Source: a bacterium
GTDB lineage: Bacteria > Sysuimicrobiota > Sysuimicrobiia > Sysuimicrobiales > Humicultoraceae
DNA: 21,120 bases
Direction: 5' to 3'
Assembly: GCA_041497675.1 (NCBI GenBank)
Contig: JBGQGY010000063.1
Location: 1 to 21,120 of the forward strand
In this document: positions 1-7,132 of the stretch, piece by piece
How the letters are laid out: the number at the start of each line of letters is the position of its first letter
Numbering within the stretch: position 1 is the stretch's first letter
The notes under the pieces: model-generated
What the model was told of the DNA's origin: nothing
Databases searched by the model: none
What the model saw: only the letters and a program-made list of their open reading frames with translations
Position numbers and translations under genes: made by a program

Positions 1-93
1 CTGCGTGTACTGATCCTGACTGAGCGGTCGGATCCAGCCGAACAGCTTCTGGCGTGCTTGAGTCAGGACATCATACACATGCGGGAAGTCCAT
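1..93 (-). CDS. Partial CDS (N-terminus only, runs off the left edge); possibly DinB-like
   Basis: ATG at 93 preceded by SD GGAGGTG (5-nt spacer). Open to the window edge: MDFPHVYDVLTQARQKLFGWIRPLSQDQYTQ. Not in the ORF track. The DinB resemblance is an impression from 31 residues only. Confidence 0.6.
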   Translation of the reverse strand, partial: MDFPHVYDVLTQARQKLFGWIRPLSQDQYTQ

Positions 94-192
94 TGGCCCA
101 CCTCCGGTATCGTGACTCGTATGTTACAGTACCGTCGTAGTCTCAAGAGAGACGCCGGACCTAGTGTGTATCGTGGACGTAGAGGTGCAGTC

Positions 193-660
193 ATGACGCG
201 GACAATCACCGCGCTGATCCTGCTCGTCATCGGCCTCACCGTGAGCCCGGCGATGGCCGACCTCGGGGGCAACCCATCCGACTCCCTTAACCCCGAGGCG
301 CGCAGCCACTACGACCAGGGGCTCGACCACTTCCGCAAGAAACAGTGGAACCTCGCGATCCAGAGCTACCTGCAGGCGGTTCGCATCGAGCCACGGTTCG
401 TCGAAGCCTGGAATAATCTCGGCTACTGCTACCGCAAGGTCAAGGACAACCAGAAGGCGCTGGACGCCTACAGGCGGGCCATCGATATCAAGCCCGACTT
501 CAAGTTCGCGCATGAGTACATCGGCCGCCTCTACATCGCCATGGGCAACCGCGAAGCGGCGATGCGCCACTACGAGATCCTTCGCCGGCTCGACGCCAAG
601 ATGGCGGCGGAATTGCTGCGGGCGATCGAAGCGAATAACGCCGACTACGGGGAAGACTAG
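193..660 (+). CDS. Secreted tetratricopeptide repeat (TPR) protein, 155 aa
   Basis: ATG at 193 with SD AGAGGTG at 181-187, preferred over the track start at 58. Signal-peptide-like N-terminus MTRTITALILLVIGLTVSPAMA-D, then about 3 TPR motifs (AIQSYLQAVRIEP, AWNNLGYCY..ALDAYRRAIDIKP, AHEYIGRLY). Confidence 0.85.
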   Translation: MTRTITALILLVIGLTVSPAMADLGGNPSDSLNPEARSHYDQGLDHFRKKQWNLAIQSYLQAVRIEPRFVEAWNNLGYCYRKVKDNQKALDAYRRAIDIKPDFKFAHEYIGRLYIAMGNREAAMRHYEILRRLDAKMAAELLRAIEANNADYGED

Positions 661-666
661 CCCGGT

Positions 667-1941
667 CTATCCGACTTCGCGCGCCTCGAGGCGGCCGTTG
701 CGCGCCACGCGCGCGCCCAACAGCGTGAGTTTGCGCTCCAAATCTTCGTAGCCGCGGTCGAGGTTCTCGACCTTGGAAATCTCGGTGTCGCCGTCGGCGG
801 AGAGCGCCGCGATCATCACCGCCGCGCCGCCCCGGATGTCAGGGGCCTCGACCGGCGCGCTGGAGAGACGCGGCACGCCGGTCACGTGGACGCTCTCGCC
901 CTCGACCTTGATGTCGGCCCCCATGCGCCGCAGCTCGTCGGTGTAAGCAAAGCGCGATTCAAAGACGGTCTCGCGAATGGTCGAGGTACCCCGCGCGAGC
1001 GACAGCAGCGCGACCATCTGGGGGTGGAGATCGGTAGCAAACCCCGGGTAGGGCGCGGTATCAATATCAACGGCACGCAGCTCACCGGCGGCGCGGACCC
1101 GCACACCCTCGGTATCGACGACGACTTCAAGCCCGGCTTCTGCCAGCTTGGTCAATAGCGCGGTGACGTGCTCGGGGATCATCCCCTCGACCAACACGTC
1201 CCCCCCCGTGGCGGCTCCCGCCAGGAGGTACGTACCGGCCTCCAACCGGTCGGGGATGATCGCGTACGAGCCGCCGTGCAGCGCCGGGACGCCCTCGATC
1301 GTGATGGTGTTGGTTCCGGCGCCCTTGATCTTTGCGCCCATCAGGTTGAGAAACACGGCCGTGTCGACGACTTCGGGCTCGCGCGCGGCGTTCTGCATCA
1401 CGGTCGTGCCTTTCGCCGTCGTGGCGGCCATCATGAGATTGATCGTGGTCCCGACGCTGTTTCGTGGGACGTAGAATGCCGCCCCGTGCAGCCGCCGCAC
1501 GGTGGCCTTCATGTAGCCGTGTTCCGTGGCCACCTTCGCCCCGAGCGTCTGGAACCCGCGCATGTGAAAATCCACGGGCCGCGCGCCGATGGAACATCCA
1601 CCCGGCAGAGGGACCTGCGCCTTACCCATCCGGCCCAGCAGCACACCGGCCATGTAGAACGACGCGCGCATGCTGCGGCAGAGATCGTAGGGGGCGATGT
1701 GGCTCTTGACGCCGCGGGCGTCGATGGTCATGCGCCCGGCGGCGATCGTGATCGTCGCGCCGAGCGCTTCGAGAATTTCGATGAGGGTCAGCACGTCCCT
1801 ACAGTGCGGGACGTTCTCCAGGATGGAGACGTCGGCGGCCAGCGCGGCGGCCGCGATGACCGCGAGCGAGCTATTCTTGCCTCCGGCAACCCGCACGGCT
1901 CCCCGCAGCCGGCGGCCGCCCGAAATCACGAGCTTCTCCAT
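667..1941 (-). CDS. murA: UDP-N-acetylglucosamine 1-carboxyvinyltransferase
   Basis: 424 aa with GGKNS, MRAS, LPGGCSIGARPVDFH (catalytic Cys loop), PDRLEAGT, PGFATD, FESRF, DIRGG and DRGYE motifs. Confidence 0.97.
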   Translation of the reverse strand: MEKLVISGGRRLRGAVRVAGGKNSSLAVIAAAALAADVSILENVPHCRDVLTLIEILEALGATITIAAGRMTIDARGVKSHIAPYDLCRSMRASFYMAGVLLGRMGKAQVPLPGGCSIGARPVDFHMRGFQTLGAKVATEHGYMKATVRRLHGAAFYVPRNSVGTTINLMMAATTAKGTTVMQNAAREPEVVDTAVFLNLMGAKIKGAGTNTITIEGVPALHGGSYAIIPDRLEAGTYLLAGAATGGDVLVEGMIPEHVTALLTKLAEAGLEVVVDTEGVRVRAAGELRAVDIDTAPYPGFATDLHPQMVALLSLARGTSTIRETVFESRFAYTDELRRMGADIKVEGESVHVTGVPRLSSAPVEAPDIRGGAAVMIAALSADGDTEISKVENLDRGYEDLERKLTLLGARVARNGRLEAREVG

Positions 1942-1971
1942 CGAGTCCCCCTACAGAGGGTCTGTGCGTTG

Positions 1972-2244
1972 CTACGACGTGCGGGCGCGCATGTGCGTCT
2001 CGACGTAGGCCCGCACCAGTTCCTCCAGCAGCTGGAGGCGGTCGACCTGTCGAATCAGCTTGCGCGCGTCCGCGTGGCTCGTCACGTACGTGGGGTCTCC
2101 CGATAGGAGATACCCGACGATCTGATCGACGGCGTCGTACCCTCGCTCTTCCAATGCACGATACACGAGCGTTAGGATCTCCTGGACGCCCATGGCGTCG
2201 GCCTCGCCCAGCCGAAACACGCCAGTCCGCTCTCGCTCCTCCAC
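1972..2244 (-). CDS. ireB: IreB/ReoM family regulatory phosphoprotein (UPF0297/DUF965), 90 aa
   Basis: Family signature VYRALEERGYDAVDQIVGYLLSGDPTYVTSHADARKLIR. The GTG at 2244 has SD GGAGGTG 6 nt upstream (the track start at 2253 lies inside that SD), giving MEERERTGVF with Thr at position 7. Confidence 0.93.
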   Translation of the reverse strand: MEERERTGVFRLGEADAMGVQEILTLVYRALEERGYDAVDQIVGYLLSGDPTYVTSHADARKLIRQVDRLQLLEELVRAYVETHMRARTS

Positions 2245-2323
2245 AGCCGTCACCTCCGTTGACCCGCCGACTCCCGAACCGGCAGCCCGGGATCTGGCAG
2301 GCAGTGCCGCCAGGCGTTCCCTT

Positions 2324-2399
2324 TGGTGGGCCCGCCTGGCTTCGATCCAGGAACCGGCGCCTTATGAGGGCGCTGCTCTACCACTTGAGCTACGGGCCC
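2324..2399 (-). tRNA. tRNA with CAT anticodon, most likely tRNA-Ile2 (lysidine-modified, reads AUA)
   Basis: 76-nt cloverleaf: GGGCCCG TA GCTC AAGTGGTA GAGC A GCGCC CTCATAA GGCGC CGGTT CCTGG ATCGAAG CCAGG CGGGCCC A CCA. Paired G1-C72 argues against initiator tRNA. G3-C70, C4-G69 and C5-G68 fit Ile2/TilS determinants better than elongator Met. Confidence 0.9.
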
Positions 2400-2407
2400 G
2401 CTCGACG

Positions 2408-2416
2408 ATTATAACA
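2408..2416 (-). promoter_or_regulatory. Putative housekeeping-sigma extended -10 promoter (TGnTATAAT) for tRNA-ireB-murA
   Basis: Minus strand reads TG T TATAAT cgtcgagc followed by tRNA G1. Consensus match in GC-rich DNA, overlapping the truA TAA. No recognisable -35. Confidence 0.7.
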
Positions 2417-3194
2417 TCTCGGGCACGCGACGGGCCTGCTCGCGCAGCAGGTCTGCATCGTAGAGCACGCGCACCAGGTACAGACCGTGGGCCGGCGCCG
2501 CCGGACCGGCATGCTGGTTGTTTCGCGAGGCCAGGATCGAGGCGACGGCATCGGCGGCGAGCGCGCCTCTGCCGACCCGCAGCAGGGTGCCGACGATCAT
2601 GCGCACCATCTGTCGCAAAAACCGATCGGCGGCAATCGTCACCATGACTATCCCGCGGTCGGACTCGTCGACACGCAGGCTGGTCACGGTGCACAGCGTC
2701 GAGGTGGTGGCGGTTCCGGTGACGCGAAACGCCGCGAAGTCCTGATGCCCCTCGAAGCGCGCGGCCGCAGACCGCATCGCGTCGAGATCGAGCCGAGCCG
2801 AGACGTGACACGCGTAGCGGCGGAGCAGCGCGGACGGCCGGGACCGGTTCACGATGGCGTATGCGTACACGCGGAGGCGGGCGTCGCGCCGCGCATGAAA
2901 CGTGGCCGCGGCCTCAGCGACCTCTTTCACGACGATATCGCCCGGCAACAACGCGTTCAGCCCGTCGAGGATCCGGTCCATGGAGAGCGCGGAGACCGTG
3001 GACAGATGCGCGGCCTGCCCCAGCGCGTGGACGCCGGCGTCCGTCCGGCCGGCACCCGTGACGCGCGTGGCATCCTGAAACAGCGTCGAGGCCGCCGCCT
3101 CGACCGCCCCCTGAACCGAGACCGCCGCCGACTGCCGCTGCCAGCCGGCGTAATTCGTGCCGTCGTATTCGAGCAGCAGCCGCAACCGCCGCAC
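2409..3194 (-). CDS. truA: tRNA pseudouridine(38-40) synthase TruA
   Basis: EYDGTNYAGWQRQ, GAGRTDAGVHA (catalytic Asp), FHAR, FLRQMVRMIVG, APAHGLYL. Confidence 0.97.
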   Translation of the reverse strand: MRRLRLLLEYDGTNYAGWQRQSAAVSVQGAVEAAASTLFQDATRVTGAGRTDAGVHALGQAAHLSTVSALSMDRILDGLNALLPGDIVVKEVAEAAATFHARRDARLRVYAYAIVNRSRPSALLRRYACHVSARLDLDAMRSAAARFEGHQDFAAFRVTGTATTSTLCTVTSLRVDESDRGIVMVTIAADRFLRQMVRMIVGTLLRVGRGALAADAVASILASRNNQHAGPAAPAHGLYLVRVLYDADLLREQARRVPEML

Positions 3195-3200
3195 GCCGCC

Positions 3201-4007
3201 CTACCGGGTCGCGATGCTGAGGGCGAACGCCGCGGCGACCACCAGCAGCGCCACCGCGTCCGCCGCGCGCCAGCGCAGGACGTGCATACGGGTGCGCCCC
3301 TCCCCGCCCCGATAGCAGCGCGCTTCCATCGCGAGCGCCAGTTCCTCGGATCGTCGGAATGCCGTCACGAACAGCGGGACAAGCACGGGCACGAACCCCC
3401 GCGCGCGGTCGAGCAGCCGGCCCTGCGTGAAGTCGGCGCCGCGTGCCATCTGCGCTTTCATGATGCGCTCGGTTTCCTCGAGCAGCGTGGGGATGAACCG
3501 CAGCGCGATGGTCATCATCATCGCCAGCTCGTGACCGGGCACGCCGAATCGGCGCAGGGGTCGCAACAGCCACTCGATCCCGTCGGTCATGGCCACGGGT
3601 GAGGTCGTGTAGGTGAGCAAGGATGTCGTCGCCACGAGGAGGAGCAACCGGATGCCGATGAACGCGGCGGTGCGCAGGCCGCCCTCGGTGATCACGACCG
3701 GTCCGAGCCGGGCCAGCACCGGTGATGCGTCGCTCGGCGCGAACAGCAGGTTGAGGATGACCGAGAGCGCGAGCAGGACGATGACCGGGCGCAACCCGCG
3801 CAGCGCGTACCCGAGAGGGATTCGACCGAGCACCAGACCTGCCGCCACGATCCCCGCGACCGCCGCGAAACCGGCACCGGACCAGACGAAGAACAGACCC
3901 ACCGACAGACAGGTCACGGCGAGAATCTTGGTCCGCGGGTCGAGCGCGTGTATGGCGGACTCCCGCGCAAGATACTGACCGATCGGAACGTATCTAGTGA
4001 GCTCCAC
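3201..4007 (-). CDS. ecfT: ECF transporter transmembrane component T
   Basis: IGQY..S.IHALDPRTK, IALRFIPTL, and two X-Arg-X coupling motifs (AQMARG, AMEARCY). Start set at GTG 4007 (VELTRY); exact start uncertain. Confidence 0.93.
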   Translation of the reverse strand: MELTRYVPIGQYLARESAIHALDPRTKILAVTCLSVGLFFVWSGAGFAAVAGIVAAGLVLGRIPLGYALRGLRPVIVLLALSVILNLLFAPSDASPVLARLGPVVITEGGLRTAAFIGIRLLLLVATTSLLTYTTSPVAMTDGIEWLLRPLRRFGVPGHELAMMMTIALRFIPTLLEETERIMKAQMARGADFTQGRLLDRARGFVPVLVPLFVTAFRRSEELALAMEARCYRGGEGRTRMHVLRWRAADAVALLVVAAAFALSIATR

Positions 4008-4866
4008 GGCCCGCCCCACCGACGAGAGAGTGGATCGCCCGCCGCGCCTCACCGATCGTCAGCATGTCGTCCACCGGCAGGCCGCGCTCCCTCAGGAGCC
4101 GCGCAAGACGCGCCGCCTGTGGGAGGGTGAACCCGATCGAATGCAACTCTGCCTCGCGCGCGAACACCTCGCGTGGCGACCCTTGGAGGATGATCCTGCC
4201 CTCGTGGAGCACCACTATGCGGCCGGCCAAGCGCGCGACGACGTCCATGTCGTGGCTGATCAACACGATCGTCAGCCCCTGGCGGTGCAGACCCTCAAAG
4301 CGCGCCAGCAATTCCTCCCGACCCTGCGGATCCAGCCCCGCCGTGGGCTCGTCCAGCACGAGCACCCGCGGCTGCATGGCGAGGATGCCCGCGATGGCCA
4401 CGCGGCGCATCTCGCCGCCGGACAGTCCGAACGGCGACCGCTCGCCGAAGCGCGCAGGGTCCAGCCCGACCTGCTTCAACGCCTCATCGACGCGATCGGT
4501 CACCACGTCGTCCGGGAGCGCGAGGTTGCGGGGCCCAAAGGCCACATCGCGCCGGACCGTCTCCTCGAAGAGCTGCGCCTCCGGGAATTGAAAGACCAGA
4601 CCCACACGCTGCCGCGCCCGGCGGCGGTCGGTCTTCGGCGCCCAGAGGTCTTCACCGTTGATGCGCACGGTGCCCGATGTCGGGCGCAGGAGCCCGTTGA
4701 AGTGCTGGACCAGCGTCGACTTCCCCGACCCAGTGGGTCCGATGATGGCCAGCAGCTCGCCAGTGCGGACTTCGAGATCGATCCCTCGCAACGCCACGGT
4801 CTCCAGCGGCGTTCCGCGCAGGTACGTGTAGCTCAGACGCTCGCACGCGATGGCGGGCTCAGGCAC
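3994..4866 (-). CDS. ecfA2: ECF transporter ATPase A2
   Basis: Walker A GPTGSGKS, VFQFPEAQLF, LSGGEMRRVAIAG, LDEPTAGLDP; directly upstream of ecfT. Confidence 0.95.
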   Translation of the reverse strand: MPEPAIACERLSYTYLRGTPLETVALRGIDLEVRTGELLAIIGPTGSGKSTLVQHFNGLLRPTSGTVRINGEDLWAPKTDRRRARQRVGLVFQFPEAQLFEETVRRDVAFGPRNLALPDDVVTDRVDEALKQVGLDPARFGERSPFGLSGGEMRRVAIAGILAMQPRVLVLDEPTAGLDPQGREELLARFEGLHRQGLTIVLISHDMDVVARLAGRIVVLHEGRIILQGSPREVFAREAELHSIGFTLPQAARLARLLRERGLPVDDMLTIGEARRAIHSLVGGAGRGAH

Positions 4867-5722
4867 GTCGACCTTTCCCTCGTGCCGCCGTCACGATGGC
4901 GTCCGCCAGGGCGTCGATCGTGTACACACCGCTGGGGATGGCCAGCCCATCGTCGCGCAGCCACTGCGCCAGACGCACCACCGGTGGCGGCTCGATCCGG
5001 CCGATACTCGACGTGGCGAGTCGATCGAAGACCTGCGCGACCGGACCGTCGAGCGCGATGTGTCCGCCGTCCATGATGACAATCCGGCCCGCGTCGACCA
5101 GGTCATCCAACGAATGGGAGATCAACACGACGGTGATGCCGCGGTCGCGATGGAGCGCCCTCACCGTCGCGAGCACCTCGGTGCGCCCTTCAGGGTCGAG
5201 CATGGTCGTCGGCTCGTCGAGCACGATGCAGTCCGGCTGCATCGCAAGCACCCCGGCGATGGCAACCCGCTGCTTTTGCCCGCCGGACAGACGGTGTGGC
5301 TCGTGGCGACGATAGGCGCCCATCCCCACGGCGTCCAGAGCGCGATCCACGCGCTCGCGAATCACCTCAGACGCCAGCCCCAGATTTTCGGGGCCAAAGG
5401 CCACGTCTTCTTCGACAACGGTCGAAATCAGCTGGTTGTCGGGATTCTGGAAGACCATGCCGACACGGCTGCGGATGTCCCACACCCGATCGCGCTCCTG
5501 CGTGTCGATGCCGGCGACCCTCACGTGCCCCGACGTCGGCAGCAGCAGGGCGTTGAAGTGCTTGGCGAGCGTCGACTTGCCCGAGCCGTTGCCCCCGGCG
5601 ATCCCGAGGTACTCACCACGGCCCACCAAAAGCGACAGGCCGTCGATCGCGACGACGGCCTGAGGCGTATTGGGATGATAGACGTACGTGAGGTCCTCGA
5701 CCTCGAGAAATGGCTCGGGCAC
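4859..5722 (-). CDS. ecfA1: ECF transporter ATPase A1
   Basis: Walker A GGNGSGKS, VFQNPDNQ, LSGGQKQRVAIAG, LDEPTTMLDP; follows rplQ. Confidence 0.95.
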   Translation of the reverse strand: MPEPFLEVEDLTYVYHPNTPQAVVAIDGLSLLVGRGEYLGIAGGNGSGKSTLAKHFNALLLPTSGHVRVAGIDTQERDRVWDIRSRVGMVFQNPDNQLISTVVEEDVAFGPENLGLASEVIRERVDRALDAVGMGAYRRHEPHRLSGGQKQRVAIAGVLAMQPDCIVLDEPTTMLDPEGRTEVLATVRALHRDRGITVVLISHSLDDLVDAGRIVIMDGGHIALDGPVAQVFDRLATSSIGRIEPPPVVRLAQWLRDDGLAIPSGVYTIDALADAIVTAARGKGRRA

Positions 5723-5729
5723 GCAGCCG

Positions 5730-6080
5730 CTACTTCACCAGTTCGACGAGAGCCATCTCCGCGCCGTCCCCGACTCGGGTGCCGGTCTTGATGACACGGG
5801 TGTACCCGCCGCGTCCGGGCTGGTACCGGGGCACGACATCCTTGAACAACCGCTGGACGACCCGGCGGTCAATCAGGAGGCGGCGAACCCGCCGGCGCGC
5901 ATTGAGGTCATTGCGCAGCGCGGTGGAAATGATGCTGTCGGCGATCTTCTTGGTTTCTTTCGCCTTCGCCTCGGTCGTCTTGATTCGGCTGTGCATGATC
6001 AACGCGCTCACCAGATCTCGGAACAGCGCGCGCCGCGCGCCGGTGTCACGCCCAAGTTTGCGGGTCTTTGCTCCCAGCAT
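5730..6080 (-). CDS. rplQ: 50S ribosomal protein bL17
   Basis: RKLGR, RIKTTEAKAKE, GGYTRVIK, R.GDGAEMALVEL. Confidence 0.98.
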   Translation of the reverse strand: MLGAKTRKLGRDTGARRALFRDLVSALIMHSRIKTTEAKAKETKKIADSIISTALRNDLNARRRVRRLLIDRRVVQRLFKDVVPRYQPGRGGYTRVIKTGTRVGDGAEMALVELVK

Positions 6081-6091
6081 CGCCGTGCCCC

Positions 6092-7054
6092 CTAGGCCGC
6101 GCCCGCCGCGCGTAGGCTTAACCCGTGCGCGGCAAGCTTTTCCTTGACCTCGTCCAGTGACTTGCGGCCGAAGTTCTTAACGGCCGCAACCTCTTCTTCG
6201 CTCTTTTTGACCAGATCGCCCACAGTCTGGATCCCGGCCCGCTTCAAGCAGTTGTACGGACGCACCGACAGGTCGAGCTCTTCGATCGGCATGACCATGA
6301 GCCGCGCCTTGTCCGGATCCTCCGCCACACTGAACGCCGCGCCCGCGCTGGTCTCGTCGGCGATCCCAGCAAACAGCCGGAAGTGGTCGATGAGCAGCCG
6401 CGAGGCTTCCTGCAGGGCCTCTTCTGGGCGCACGGAGCCGTCCGTCCAGATTTCCAGCACCAGGCGGTCGAGGTCGGTGGCGTGCCCGACGCGCGTGTCT
6501 TCGACGGTGTAGTTCACCTTTTGCACGGGCGAGAAGATGGAGTCGATCGGTATGACTCCGATCACGTGCTCGCTGCGGCGGTGCCGTTCGGCCGGCACAT
6601 AGCCTTTGCCGCGCTCGACGACGATCTCCATGGCCAGCCGGGATTCCCTCTTGTCCAGCGTGGCCAGGTGTAGTGTAGGGTTGAGAATCTGCATCTCCGG
6701 GTCTTCCTGGATGTCCCCGGCCGTCACGTCCTTTTTACCCTTGATGTCCAGACGCAGCAGTTTCGGCTTGTCCGTATACAACCGCAGCGTCAGTTCCTTC
6801 AGGTTCAGGACGATCTGCGTCACGTCTTCCACGACGCCCGGGATCGTCGAAAACTCATGGAGCACGCCGTCGATCTTGACCGACGTGACCGCCGCGCCCG
6901 AAATCGATGCGAGCAACATCCGGCGCAGCGAGTTACCCAGCGTGACGCCGAACCCCCTGTCCAAGGGTTCCACGATAAACTTCCCGTAGGTATCGGACAG
7001 CTCCGCGTAGTCAACCTTCGGGGTCGGCGTTTCCCATATCGTACCAATGCTCAT
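6092..7054 (-). CDS. rpoA: DNA-directed RNA polymerase subunit alpha
   Basis: EPLDRGFGVTLGNSLRR, GVLHEFSTIPGVVEDV, alpha-CTD IEELDLSVRPYNCLKRAGI..NFGRKSL; SD GAGGAGGT. Confidence 0.99.
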   Translation of the reverse strand: MSIGTIWETPTPKVDYAELSDTYGKFIVEPLDRGFGVTLGNSLRRMLLASISGAAVTSVKIDGVLHEFSTIPGVVEDVTQIVLNLKELTLRLYTDKPKLLRLDIKGKKDVTAGDIQEDPEMQILNPTLHLATLDKRESRLAMEIVVERGKGYVPAERHRRSEHVIGVIPIDSIFSPVQKVNYTVEDTRVGHATDLDRLVLEIWTDGSVRPEEALQEASRLLIDHFRLFAGIADETSAGAAFSVAEDPDKARLMVMPIEELDLSVRPYNCLKRAGIQTVGDLVKKSEEEVAAVKNFGRKSLDEVKEKLAAHGLSLRAAGAA

Positions 7055-7069
7055 CGACAGGCTACCTCC

Positions 7070-7114
7070 TCAGTCCGCGCCCCGCATCCGCACCTGGATG
7101 CGCCGCGTCCTCAC
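7070..7114 (-). CDS. Putative 14-aa mini-ORF (MRTRRIQVRMRGAD) between rpsD and rpoA
   Basis: SD-like GGGAGGG (7121-7127), 6-nt spacer, GTG at 7114, TGA at 7070-7072 running into the rpoA SD. No homology evidence. Confidence 0.35.
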   Translation of the reverse strand: MRTRRIQVRMRGAD

Positions 7115-7132
7115 TTCGTGCCCTCCCGTGAC

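Noticed and set aside
58..192. N-terminal extension of the TPR ORF in the track
   Set aside because: It overlaps the divergent gene start, and the ATG at 193 has an SD and begins a signal peptide.
1942..1971. Alternative mini-hairpins around the murA SD (ACAGA/TCTGT versus CCCT/AGGG)
   Set aside because: Stems of 4-5 bp are too weak to distinguish from chance.
1..2340. Island integrated at the tRNA 3' end
   Set aside because: I saw no integrase and no duplicated tRNA 3' end in the window, and the downstream genes are housekeeping-type.
2324..3194. tRNA next to truA as an enzyme-substrate pair
   Set aside because: Positions 38-40 of this tRNA are A, G, G, so there is no uridine for TruA to modify.
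3201..5722. ECF module lacking a substrate-binding S component
   Set aside because: This is normal for group II shared ECF modules, whose S components are encoded elsewhere.
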